Assembly: GCA_052426225.1 (NCBI GenBank)
Contig: JBNJNM010000010.1
Coordinates: 1,240,001-1,304,000, forward strand
Source: Zancudomyces culisetae HAW-14-8
Lineage: Eukaryota > Fungi > Kickxellomycota
Direction of reading: 5' to 3'
DNA length: 64,000 bases
This document shows positions 52,512 to 63,363 of this stretch, piece by piece (within the stretch, counting starts at the first letter, position 1; the number at the start of each line of letters is the position of its first letter). The position numbers and the translations under genes are program-made. The notes under the pieces were generated by a model. The model ran no database searches. It saw nothing but the letters and a program-made list of their open reading frames with translations, and was not told the origin of the DNA.

Positions 52512-53494
52512 TTTCGTAGTTTTGATATAATTTTTTATTATGAACTAGATTTTTATTTATACGTCCGTATATTAAGACATGGATGACGCTTTCCAATTCA
52601 TCCTATGTCTTTTATTTATATAAACTAACTCTTTAAAAATAATCACTAAACTATCATCCATAAAAAACAATATTACTATATTAATGTTTGCGTTGAAACG
52701 TTGGTGTATGAATGTGTTGTTAACAATCATTCATACATATCTCAACGTTTCTTTAATGAACAATGTAATTGTTCAGCAACGTGTAATCTGATCCAATACA
52801 CGTTGCTATGCCGTGATACCCGGATCTAGTATCTCGACAATGAATAAAATGTATAGTTATATATTTTAATTTGGTTTACTGTATCGTATTATTTTATAAT
52901 ACTAATAATAAACTTTTACTAGAATAGACTGTTTTTCTAATTGTGAATAAAGATGATTTTATTTTTTCTTCCAAGTGGGAGATTCATTTAACCCCCAAAT
53001 ATTTGACTAATTAAACTAAAATAACTAACTAATAAAAAACCATTGGACAAAACCACAAGGGGAAAAAGGTCCAATCTAAACATATAAATATAACTAAAAG
53101 CAACTTAAATAAAACCGGGGACTAATTCCCCTTATCCTTCTAATCGTATTTCTATACGACATTTTGTCGTCAATTTAAATTATCACAATTTATATTTTTT
53201 CCCAATGGGTTTTTAATAAATTGCAATGATGGTTAAATTAAATTCACGTAACATCCTTGTAAATCTGAGAATCACACTGTCATAGATGAGTCATGGGAAT
53301 CATCTATATATGATTTACAACATCTTTTCCTATTCAGCAAGGGGAAACCCCCTGTTTCAATAATATTATTATAATTCATATTTCACATGTTTAAAACAGT
53401 TATAACTTTATAATTAAAAATATTATAGTAGTAGTTCGTTAGACCCAAAAAATTATATAAGGGCAAATAATTTCTATCTAGTTTTCGATATGAC

Positions 53495-53896
53495 TTAAGC
53501 AAATAAAAATATAAAACTATAATATTCACACGACAATTTTGTGTCGTAGTATTCAAAACCCTGAGAGTTCTGAATACTAGTCTCTTCACGTGACATACCG
53601 GTTCGGGTATAATCACTGGATATCGATGCACTGCTACCCCGTAGCGTGATGTGCATCAAGGGAGGCTCAGTTGAGCTATTATCCCTATACAATGTCGGTG
53701 AGATAGTACTCACGGACATTGACTCCGGGCTTCTACGGATTCGAAGTTGACGAACACTTTCCGTCAACTCCCCAAGTGTTCGGGGACTTAACACCCCTGT
53801 CTCTTGGTCCATGCTACTGCCCCTAGTGCTGTTTGATGAGGGGGAAGAATCTCTCCTAGATTCATTCGCACCTGTACCGAAAAGATAGTTGATCAT
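53495..53896 (-). CDS. LTR-embedded small ORF, family A (duplicate of 35694; LTR 53542-54312)
   Basis: Identical translation to 35694-36095. Confidence 0.55.
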   Translation of the reverse strand: MINYLFGTGANESRRDSSPSSNSTRGSSMDQETGVLSPRTLGELTESVRQLRIRRSPESMSVSTISPTLYRDNSSTEPPLMHITLRGSSASISSDYTRTGMSREETSIQNSQGFEYYDTKLSCEYYSFIFLFA

Positions 53897-55067
53897 TATT
53901 TTTACTTTTATTTGTGCTGCTGTTTACAAATCTTTATTTAGATAATCTTTATTACTAATCCGTATGGTAGGACATGAATGATGGTTTCTTTTCCACCATG
54001 TATCCTTTAAATATAAACTATAAAATCATTTTGTTCTCCAAATAGACTATAAACATGATAAGATATAACTAATAAAATAATATTTAGGTTTGATAATATT
54101 GATGTAGTATGAACATGTATTTGAACATTTCCCATACTACATTCATCATTATTGAATGGACGCAGTATGAAGAATTGATTTCATGCTGAGTCCATTAATT
54201 TTCATTTTCTTAATTTTTTTTAAATTATGTCCAAATTTTAATTCAACTATGTAAAATAAGGAAATGTATAACCATGCATTAATACTGGTTGAATAGTTTT
54301 ACTCATTCGACATTTGTTATATTTTATTATTAAATATAAGTATTTACTATAATTGTTCTATAATATTTTTTCAAGTTATTTTTATTAACTATAATAAGGT
54401 AATTATATCTTTAACTAATTATTTTCTGTATGTTTTTCTTTATTTTGTCAAATATTTCATTTTTTTATACATTTTTTCTTTCTAAGTAAAAATTATTTTA
54501 AACTAAGATACTGAAACTAAACTTCTTTAATACTAAAACAATAAATTACTATTAAAAATTATATGACTAAACAAACGTTTGTATTGCGACACTATGAGTC
54601 ATCAGAAAAAACTAGATGACGTTATTTTCATCGATAGTGAAAAAAAACTGATCCTCATTAGTTATCGCAAACTAATAATTTGTTCGTTTGCATGATGACT
54701 AATTAATTTGTCATCATGCTCTCCTGCCCACTATATGACAATTTTGTTAAAATAAGATTATTGTAATATATTGTTCTCTACTTATTTATTATCACTATAC
54801 TATATTTGTTTTAACAATATAATCTGTATACTTAATATTATTCTGATAGTTTGAGAAAACAATTGTTTTTATTTTTCTTGTTGTGGGAGGTCCTTTTGAA
54901 CCCTAAAATTGTTCATACTAGTCTGAAATAAATTATACCTATAAAATAACATCGGACAAAAACCACGAGGGGAAAAAGGTCCAATCTAAAAATACTGCTA
55001 ATTTCCTAATACTATAATTCTAAAAACTATTGAATTTTTGTTCTAATCATATTATTATATGACAGTT

Positions 55068-55332
55068 TGTCGTGTAGTAGAAATGTTTTACGTCCTACTT
55101 GAAAGCTATTGGTTCCAAGCACTACACGAGACGGGCCGCTAAAAGTTACTATTTATATATATTTATATGTACTATTATTATATTCAAGAGACGACAAATT
55201 TATTTAACTAAAAATTTCATTGATTTAAATACTATAAATCAACTACAAAAACTATTAAATAAATATCCAATAAATTAACACTATTAATTTCAATAGATGA
55301 GAAATCTATAACATATAATATTTTATACTACA
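55068..55332. mobile_element. Solo LTR, close copy of 33929-34194
   Basis: TGTCGTGTAGTA start, near-identical body, ends ATACTACA. Confidence 0.78.
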
Positions 55333-55336
55333 ATAC

Positions 55337-55751
55337 TGTCATATCGAAATTGATGGATTACCCCTTGTCAGAAATTGGATAGGTAATTGGTTATTTATTA
55401 GTAATAATATTATTATTTTATTATTATTATTATATGTATTAAATTATTGAGAAGATTGGACTTTTCTCCCTGAGGAGGGTTTTTTCCTACTTCCTTGACA
55501 ACAAGTCCGCGTTATCATTTTTGTTTTAATAAGAGAGTTTTTTTAGTAAATATTTTTATAGATACAAGTTCCGATATATAGTTTTTATAGTTAAGAAAAA
55601 GAATAAACAATAATTAACTTAGAACAAGTGTCTACATAAATCAAGTTATTCGCAGTAACGGTGGACCTAAACACCCTCCGTAAATTAAATAACTAGTGTA
55701 TTGACACTGTGCACCTATAACGGGTACAATAATATTCATAATTTAATAACA
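55337..55751 (+). mobile_element. Solo LTR related to 33531-33923, with ENE-like hairpin
   Basis: TGTCAT...ATAACA; shares GAGAAGATTGGACTTTTCTCCC and ATAACGGGTA; flanks do not match. Confidence 0.7.
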
Positions 55752-55757
55752 AAGTGA

Positions 55758-56019
55758 TGTATGCAAAATAGAATGTTTGCATACTATTGGTTAATATAAT
55801 AGTTAGTAATTTTATTAGTTTTTCTAGTAAAATTTAGTATTTAAGAATTTATTTGTTTGAATCTTAAATAAATGATCAAATTTTGATCGTTATAAATGTT
55901 CCGGTTCCATACATATGTATGACTAGAAAGTGGTAACTAGTTAAAAGGGTTAAACCCAGTCTAGTGATACCACCCCTCTAGTAGAACCAGTTTCAATTCA
56001 TAATAAATTGAATTTAACA
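55758..56019. mobile_element. Probable old solo LTR
   Basis: TGT...ACA bounded segment filling the gap between two LTRs; no TSD. Confidence 0.4.
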
Positions 56020-56022
56020 GCC

Positions 56023-56474
56023 TGTTATATAGTGGCGTAGATCACCTCTAACCACGATATAATCGGCACTCCAATTAGGTTTGTTTATTTATATTATTTT
56101 TAATATTAATATTGTAGGTCAAAATATATGATCTGCTAAGGTTTATAATTAGTTTATTTAACATTACAAGGTTCTAGTTTAGTTTTTTTGATCTTCGGGT
56201 TTTTTCTAGATTAGAATTAATAAAAAATAAATAGGTTTTAATTTTTATATAGTTTTATAGTAGTTTATTAAGTATTAGTTAGTTTTAAATTTATAAATAC
56301 TTGAAGTTTTTGAGTAAGTCGAAAGATATCAATACATTCAGTTTAGATCTATTTACCAGAAGTCTATAACATATTTATATTTTAAACTTGAATAAATATA
56401 GTTAAATACATATTTAGTTATAATATAAATAAAAGTTTTTAATTAAGCGAGAATAAAGAACCAACTCGCTAACA
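56023..56474 (+). mobile_element. Solo LTR of the intact element's family, TSD AGCC
   Basis: Slightly diverged copy of 58011-58463; AGCC at 56019-56022 and 56475-56478. Confidence 0.93.
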
Positions 56475-56483
56475 AGCCACAGC

Positions 56484-57321
56484 TGTCGCAATAAGCCGAA
56501 TTTCAATGTAAATTCGAATAGTGTACGAGAAATTTCGCTGTACACTCATCGCGGAATGCCAATTTTTATAATTTTTATTGTCGTTTAAATTTTTGTTTAA
56601 ATTAATTGCGACTCAGCATGAAATAAATTCTACATGCTGAGTCCATTCAATAATGATTATTCTAGTACGAAATATGTTTTCATACTGAACATCAATTAAT
56701 TTTAATGATTATGTGTTCCCACACAAATCTTTATTGCACGTATGCTGCAATTATGAAACAAAACAATTAGTATACTTTACAGAATATTAATAGTGTATAG
56801 TTATTTTATTTTATTAGAAAACTAGGTTAGCATTTAAGTTTTTAATCATATATATATGTGATATAGTAGTTTAGTAGAAAACTTATCCATGTCCTACTAT
56901 ACGGATTAATTAATAAACTCAGTTTAAATAAAGATAATTCAAATCAACTTAAAGTAAAATAATCATAATGATTAACTATTTGTTTAACACAGGTGTGAGA
57001 GAGTCTAGGAGAGATTCGTCAACCACCTCCAACAGTACTAGGGGCAGTAGCATGGACCAGGATATCGGGACACTCAGTCCTCGAACCCTTGGGGAACTGA
57101 CGGAAAGCGTCCGACAGATCCAGATCCGTAGAAGCACGGAAAGCATGTTGGTAGATACACCATCTCCGACGGGATATAGGGATAGTGTCTCATCCGAGAA
57201 CATCCTAATGAACATTCAGTTACACAAGAGGAGTGTAACCGAGGCCACAGAACAAGCTTCCCCAAGCTTGGCACGTGGTGAGAGCGCGAGTGGGATTACC
57301 GAAAAATCCCAATCTGCGACA
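56484..57321 (+). mobile_element. Solo LTR, ORF-bearing family A, TSD ACAGC (partner now at 63794-63798)
   Basis: TGTCGCA...TGCGACA; ACAGC at 56479-56483 and again once the four later insertions are removed. Confidence 0.82.
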
Positions 57322-57363
57322 TGTAGTAGTTTTATTATTTGTATACTAGTGAATATTTATTAA
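56968..57363 (+). CDS. LTR-embedded small ORF, family A
   Basis: MINYLF..ESRRDSS..RGSSMDQDIGTLSPRTLGELTESVRQIQIRRS. Confidence 0.55.
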   Translation: MINYLFNTGVRESRRDSSTTSNSTRGSSMDQDIGTLSPRTLGELTESVRQIQIRRSTESMLVDTPSPTGYRDSVSSENILMNIQLHKRSVTEATEQASPSLARGESASGITEKSQSATCSSFIICILVNIY

Positions 57364-57781
57364 TTAAGTTTTATTATATTATAAAGTAATAAGATATTTA
57401 AATAATAGTTCCATTCCTTCTTTCAAAAAGTGAAGAAAAGTTGGGGTTTATATAGTTTTTCTGTATGTCAACATTGTTTTGAAATCACTAACATGTTCTT
57501 CTGTTGTTCAAACATGTTTTATTAATTGATGCGTTGTTTATCTTTTCTATCCCTACATTTCTTATCATGTTAACAGTTCACTCAAAACAGCATCGTTACC
57601 CCGTGTTAACACACGTGGTTTGGTGTAATTTATCCGCATGATAAATTACACTGATTTATTTTGAAACATATAAATGCGTTAATAAAATTAAATGATATTA
57701 ATACTAATAATTAAACAAATGTATGGGGAAAAACCCAGTGGGAAAAAGTGCCCATACATATACTATAAAAACTAAACGGCA
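57322..57781 (-). mobile_element. Solo LTR with minus-strand ENE-like hairpin, TSD GACA (reconstructed)
   Basis: TGTAGT...ACGGCA; GACA at 57318-57321 and GAC(A) after the right end. Confidence 0.7.
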
Positions 57782-57784
57782 GAC

Positions 57785-58006
57785 TGTTATATAGTGGAAT
57801 TATATACCTGTATTTCCTTGTATTTTATTGGTTAATTTAAATAGTATTATTTTATGTATTAAATAGTCTAGTTTTGAATTAATTAATAAATTGTCTTTAC
57901 TCCCACAATAATTATAGTACTAATATATAATAATAAAAGTCCCGTCCTGTATAATACTGGGTAATTATATTACTCAGTAGGACGTTAAACATGTAATTAT
58001 ACAACA
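57785..58006 (+). mobile_element. Short solo LTR, TSD AGAC
   Basis: TGTTATATAGTGG...ACAACA; AGAC at 57781-57784 and 58007-58010. Confidence 0.82.
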
Positions 58007-58464
58007 AGACTGTTATATAGTGGCGTAGATCACCTCTAACCACGATATAATCGGCACTCCAATTAGGTTTGTTTATCTATATTATTTATATTATTAATAT
58101 TGTAGGTCAAAATATATGATCTGCTAAGGTTTATAATTAGTTTATTTAACATTACAAGGTTCTAGTTTAGTTTTTTTGATCTTCGGGTTTTTTCTAGATT
58201 AGAATTAATAACAAAAAAATAGGTTTAAATTATTATATAGTTTTATATTAGTTTATTAAGTATTAGTTAGTTTTTAAGTTATAAATACTTGAAGTTTTTC
58301 AGTAAGTCGAAAGATATCAATAAATTCAGTTTTGATCTATTTACTAGAAGTCTATAACTTATATATATTTTAAACTTGAATAAATATAGTTAAATACATA
58401 TTTAGTTATCAAAGTAAATAACAGTTTTTAATTAAGCGAGGTTAAAGAACCAACTCGCTAACAG

Positions 58465-58481
58465 TGGCGTCAGCGACAGGA
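58465..58481 (+). promoter_or_regulatory. Primer-binding site TGGCGTCAGCGACAGGA (probably tRNA-Ser)
   Basis: TGG 1 nt after the LTR; the complement ...TCCTGTCGCTGACG-CCA has a G discriminator and a Ser-like T-stem (assignment inferred). Confidence 0.7.
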
Positions 58482-58528
58482 TATCTAATTTAAATATTTA
58501 TTAAATTCTATATCAAAATTAAGTAATA

Positions 58529-61500
58529 ATGAATGCACCTAAAACTTTTCATGCAGGTTGTTACTCAGACCCTGAAGATTGGATTGAAGAATTTCGTTTG
58601 GTTGCAAAGCTTAACAAATGGGGTCAAGATGACTGGGTGGATTTTGTAAAACTTTATTTAGGTAACAATGAAAAAGTATGGTACAAGAAGAATAAGTCTA
58701 CATTCACCAGTTGGGAGAACTTTGTGGAAGAATTTGTTAAGAAGTTTGCAGTAGTAAAGTCTAAATCACAGATCTGGGGAAGATTACGTACAATAAAGCA
58801 AGCTGAGTTTGATACAGTGGAAGAGCTTGAACTTGAATTGACAAGTTTACTAGATAGTGCCAAAGTTACAGAAGTGGCTGTAAGAACTGATTGGTTACTG
58901 AGTACACTTCGCCCTGAAAGTCTAAAAGTAGTTGAAAATGAAAACATCTCTAGTTGGTCAGAAATTATAACAAGACTGATAAAAGAGGAAGTTCGTAGCA
59001 CTAGTTTTAACAAGGGAGAATATAAAGAGTCTCAAGCAAAACCTAAAGAATATAACCGCAACGCGGCCAGTAAATCTGGTAAAAATGTAAAGGAATTAGT
59101 GAAAGATCAGAAACCTTTAAGTCAATTTATGAAAATGTTTAATGAGTTAAGTGTCAACTTACTTAATAAAGTTGACGAAGTGGTTGATAAAAAAATTAAA
59201 GAAGCTGAGAGAAACAGACCACGATTTATGGGACCAAGAAAAGTAGTTTGTTACAATTGCCAAAAGGATGGACATACTAGGAATGAGTGCCCTGAGTTGA
59301 TTAAGTTTACTAAGGAAGAACCAATTAAGGTTGAATCGGAAAAATCTGTTAATTATATTCAAATTGCGGATGAATCCGACCTTATTGAGCAGGATATCTT
59401 TTCGGTTGAAAAAAGAAAAAATAGTCCAGAAAATTATGAGAGGGTAAGAAAACCTGGAAGACCTCGAATTCAGGAAACGCATCCCCAGCAAAACCAAAAT
59501 ACTGATAAATCTACTTCATCACCATCAGTTGTAGAAAATTCGGAAAATATTATGTCAAAGTCAGATAATAATGATACCTTTTCTATTATAAAAGAACTTG
59601 AAAAAGTCTCATTAAAAGTAAATGTATTGCAACTTTTGAATAATTCTGCTTCTATGAAAGAAGAGATGGTTGAGTACATTAATAATAAAAGAATTTCTGA
59701 AGTTAATGAATTTGAAGTAGAGGCAAAAAAGCTATCTAACTGTAAAGCTTTAGTGAAAGTATTTGGTCAGAGTATTTGGGCGGTCGTAGACACTGGAGCG
59801 GCGTGCTCAGTAGTGACTTCAAATTTAGTTGAAGAATGGGGGTTAAGCCCAGATAGCTATTCAAAACAAGTAATCGTAACCGCAGACGGAAAACGTCATA
59901 CTACTCTAGGAAAAGTCAGTGATGTACCACTAAAAGTATCTTCTTTTATGTTCCCGGTTAACTTGTGGGTAATGGACCGGAACGAAGATATTTTAATCCT
60001 TGGAACTGACTGGTTGTTAGAACATCGCGTATCATTAAATCTACGTATCCCAGAGTTAAGACTACCTATTGAAAACGCTGAGATAACCACCAAACTAGCG
60101 ATGTTTACTTATAATACAGCACATAAGGAAGAACAAGAACTTTATTTGCTATGCAAAGAGGAAACGGTATCTAAGATAGAAGCTAATCCTGAAGAATTTA
60201 AAGAAGTGTTAAACGAGTTTAAAGATATATTTGTTGATGATATTTCTGAACTCCAACAAACAGATGTTATGGAACATAGGATAGATTTAATTGATGAAAC
60301 CCCAATTAAACTAAGACCGTATAGGATGCCTCAAAAAACTCAAGAAAAAGTGAGAAAAGAACTCGAAGAAATGGAAAAAAGAGGTGTGATTGAACCATGT
60401 ATCTCCGAATGGTGTTCTCCAGTAGTCGTTGTCTTAAAAAAAAATGGTAAGCTTCGTGTATGCGCGGATTATCTAAAATTGAATTCGGTAACTCGTAAAG
60501 ACGCCTATCCTTTACCTGTCATCGATGACCTGTTTATGGCATTAGCCGGAGCAACTATATTTACGTCATTAGACGCGTTAAGCGGCTTTTGGCAAATTAA
60601 GATGAGAGAAAGTGATAAATGTAAGACAGCATTCGCTATACCTGGTGGTGGTAGTTTCCAGTACAACGTAATGCCATTCGGACTGACAAACAGTCCTGCT
60701 ACTTTTCAAAGGGCTATGGAAGTGGTACTGAAAGACGTGTTGTGGAAAAATACAGTTGTTTTTGTTGACGACATCATTATTTATTCAAAAAGTGTAGAAC
60801 AGCACAAAAATGATCTAAAGGAAGTATTTACACTACTCAGGAAAAATGGGATCCAATTGCATAAAGAAAAATGTGTGGTAGGTCAATTAGAACTCGAGTA
60901 TCTCGGTCATACGATTTCGAAAAACGGTATCGGTACCAGTCCGTCTAAGATCGAATCTATTAAGAAAATTATACCACCTAACAATGTTAAAGAACTTCAA
61001 TCCATTTTAGGCTTGACGGGTTATTATAGAAAGTATATAAACGGATATTCCAACATAGCAGGACCACTTACTAAGTTATTGAAAAAGGATAGCACCTGGA
61101 GTTGGGGAGAAGAACAAAATCAAGCTTTGGAAGAACTAAAGTCGAAACTAGTCACAGCACCTGTTCTTGGATTTCCTGTCTGGGAAGAAATATTTATAAT
61201 TACAACTGATGCATCTGTTGCTGGCATCGGAGCAGTACTTTCACAGACAATTAATGGAGCTGAAAGAGTAATTGAGTACGCTAGTCGTACTACGAACAAA
61301 GCTGAGAAGAACTATTCGATTAGCCATTTAGAAGCGTTAGCCGTGGTATGGGCTGTAAGGAAATATAAATACTATGTATGGGGACGGAAGTTTATAATCC
61401 GCACCGATCACAAGTCTTTACTTAATATATTTAATGGTTCTGAAATCTCAGGTAGGATTGCTAGATGGGCAATGATACTGAGAAGTTATGATTATATAAT

Positions 61501-62893
61501 TGAACACCTACCGGGTAAAAATAATCCTGCAGATGGACTTTCAAGAAACCCTAATATTTCGCAAAGTGATAAACAGTTAGACATATACGCTATGGATCTA
61601 CTCGATTATTCGGACGTCGTAACTTACCTCTCAAAGATGGAATACCCAGATGGAGCAACAGATAAAGAAAGAGAAAAAATACGAAACAGGTCGAGACAGT
61701 TCCGTCTTTTAGGTGATAAATTATATAAAAAAGTAAAAAATGAATTAAAAGAAGTACTAAATGAAAAAAATTTTAAGGATGTTATTTTACGAATACATAA
61801 CGAGGGCCATGAGGGAATCGAAAATACCTGGACTCGAGTTTCAAATAAATATACAGGAAAAAATTTATATAAAGAAGTAGTAGAAATTGTAAAATCCTGC
61901 CATATTTGTCAATTATACAATGGAGGAAAATCTAAACGAAACAATTTAGTTCCAATAATAACTTCAAAGCCATTTCAAATTATTGGAATTGATGCTATTG
62001 GGCCAATTGCACCAATTTCTAAAAGTGGAAATCGTTATATTTTATCTGCAATTGATTATTTTACAAAATGGCCAATCGCGGTGCCAGTACCAAATTTATT
62101 AAGCGAAACAATAATAAATTTTATAATTAACGATATTATTGCACCATATGGGGTACCTCAACAAATAATAAGTGATAGAGGTTCGAGTTTCATTTCAGAA
62201 AGTACCACAAAAGTTTTTGAGTGGTTAGGATTGGACCATAGACCAACTACCGCTTATCGACCTCAAAGCAATGGTCAAGTAGAACGATTTAATAGGACGC
62301 TAATGGAAATTTTAGTTAAACAATGCAAAAATGATAAAGAAAATTGGGATTCGTTTATTTGGAGAAGTTTACTGGTGGTAAGAACAATGAAAAATAAGTC
62401 TACAAAATTTACACCATCAGAGCTATTATATGGTGTAAATGTAAGTTTGCCTAGTACTTGGGTGTATAATGGAGATATAGAAAATATACAAGATAACATA
62501 CTTAGTAGGATAAAAAGTTTTAAAGTAAATTTACCGGAACTAAGAACACTAGCTTATAGAAATTCAGTAATTGCCAAAAAGGCAATGGAAATTAGGTATA
62601 ATCGAGATGTCAAAATTTACAAATTCAAAATCGGTGATTACGTTTTGAAACGAGTCGAAATCGAAAAGTCAAAACTAGAAAGTTATTGGGAAGGGCCCTA
62701 CCAAGTCGAAAGAGTGCTCGCTAAAGGCGCATATATCATTAACGATAATCATGGGAGTCGAGATTTGGTAAATGGCGATCTTCTAAAAATGTATAATGCA
62801 AGTAACAACATGATCCCCGAGGTAACGACAAGACTTAAAACCACTCTTAAAAGGTTTAAACATCGAGAGCGTGATGTGGGAATCCACGCTTAA
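58529..62893 (+). CDS. Gag-Pol polyprotein in a single frame (CCHC knuckle, protease, RT, RNase H, integrase with GPY/F, no chromodomain)
   Basis: CYNCQKDGHTRNEC, VDTGA, FVDD, TDAS, HNEGH..CHIC, IGID, SDRG, NGQVER, WEGPY. Confidence 0.97.
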   Translation: MNAPKTFHAGCYSDPEDWIEEFRLVAKLNKWGQDDWVDFVKLYLGNNEKVWYKKNKSTFTSWENFVEEFVKKFAVVKSKSQIWGRLRTIKQAEFDTVEELELELTSLLDSAKVTEVAVRTDWLLSTLRPESLKVVENENISSWSEIITRLIKEEVRSTSFNKGEYKESQAKPKEYNRNAASKSGKNVKELVKDQKPLSQFMKMFNELSVNLLNKVDEVVDKKIKEAERNRPRFMGPRKVVCYNCQKDGHTRNECPELIKFTKEEPIKVESEKSVNYIQIADESDLIEQDIFSVEKRKNSPENYERVRKPGRPRIQETHPQQNQNTDKSTSSPSVVENSENIMSKSDNNDTFSIIKELEKVSLKVNVLQLLNNSASMKEEMVEYINNKRISEVNEFEVEAKKLSNCKALVKVFGQSIWAVVDTGAACSVVTSNLVEEWGLSPDSYSKQVIVTADGKRHTTLGKVSDVPLKVSSFMFPVNLWVMDRNEDILILGTDWLLEHRVSLNLRIPELRLPIENAEITTKLAMFTYNTAHKEEQELYLLCKEETVSKIEANPEEFKEVLNEFKDIFVDDISELQQTDVMEHRIDLIDETPIKLRPYRMPQKTQEKVRKELEEMEKRGVIEPCISEWCSPVVVVLKKNGKLRVCADYLKLNSVTRKDAYPLPVIDDLFMALAGATIFTSLDALSGFWQIKMRESDKCKTAFAIPGGGSFQYNVMPFGLTNSPATFQRAMEVVLKDVLWKNTVVFVDDIIIYSKSVEQHKNDLKEVFTLLRKNGIQLHKEKCVVGQLELEYLGHTISKNGIGTSPSKIESIKKIIPPNNVKELQSILGLTGYYRKYINGYSNIAGPLTKLLKKDSTWSWGEEQNQALEELKSKLVTAPVLGFPVWEEIFIITTDASVAGIGAVLSQTINGAERVIEYASRTTNKAEKNYSISHLEALAVVWAVRKYKYYVWGRKFIIRTDHKSLLNIFNGSEISGRIARWAMILRSYDYIIEHLPGKNNPADGLSRNPNISQSDKQLDIYAMDLLDYSDVVTYLSKMEYPDGATDKEREKIRNRSRQFRLLGDKLYKKVKNELKEVLNEKNFKDVILRIHNEGHEGIENTWTRVSNKYTGKNLYKEVVEIVKSCHICQLYNGGKSKRNNLVPIITSKPFQIIGIDAIGPIAPISKSGNRYILSAIDYFTKWPIAVPVPNLLSETIINFIINDIIAPYGVPQQIISDRGSSFISESTTKVFEWLGLDHRPTTAYRPQSNGQVERFNRTLMEILVKQCKNDKENWDSFIWRSLLVVRTMKNKSTKFTPSELLYGVNVSLPSTWVYNGDIENIQDNILSRIKSFKVNLPELRTLAYRNSVIAKKAMEIRYNRDVKIYKFKIGDYVLKRVEIEKSKLESYWEGPYQVERVLAKGAYIINDNHGSRDLVNGDLLKMYNASNNMIPEVTTRLKTTLKRFKHRERDVGIHA

Positions 62894-63363
62894 AAGGGGG
62901 GGTACTGTTATATAGTGGCGTAGATCACCTCTAACCACGATATAATCGGCACTCCAATTAGGTTTGTTTATCTATATTATTTATATTATTAATATTGTAG
63001 GTCAAAATATATGATCTGCTAAGGTTTATAATTAGTTTATTTAACATTACAAGGTTCTAGTTTAGTTTTTTTGATCTTCGGGTTTTTTCTAGATTAGAAT
63101 TAATAACAAAAAAATAGGTTTAAATTATTATATAGTTTTATATTAGTTTATTAAGTATTAGTTAGTTTTTAAGTTATAAATACTTGAAGTTTTTCAGTAA
63201 GTCGAAAGATATCAATAAATTCAGTTTTGATCTATTTACTAGAAGTCTATAACTTATATATATTTTAAACTTGAATAAATATAGTTAAATACATATTTAG
63301 TTATCAAAGTAAATAACAGTTTTTAATTAAGCGAGGTTAAAGAACCAACTCGCTAACAAGACA

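Larger units (their letters stand above)
49056..55064 (-). repeat. Right arm of the inverted duplication (contains mirrored solo LTRs)
   Basis: Reverse complement of 34526-40534. Confidence 0.95.
58011..63358 (+). mobile_element. Intact full-length Ty3/gypsy LTR retrotransposon (LTRs 58011-58463 and 62906-63358, TSD AGAC)
   Basis: 453-bp LTRs that look identical, TGTTA...TAACA ends, PBS, PPT AAAAGGGGGGG at 62892-62902, AGAC at 58007-58010 and 63359-63362. Confidence 0.97.
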
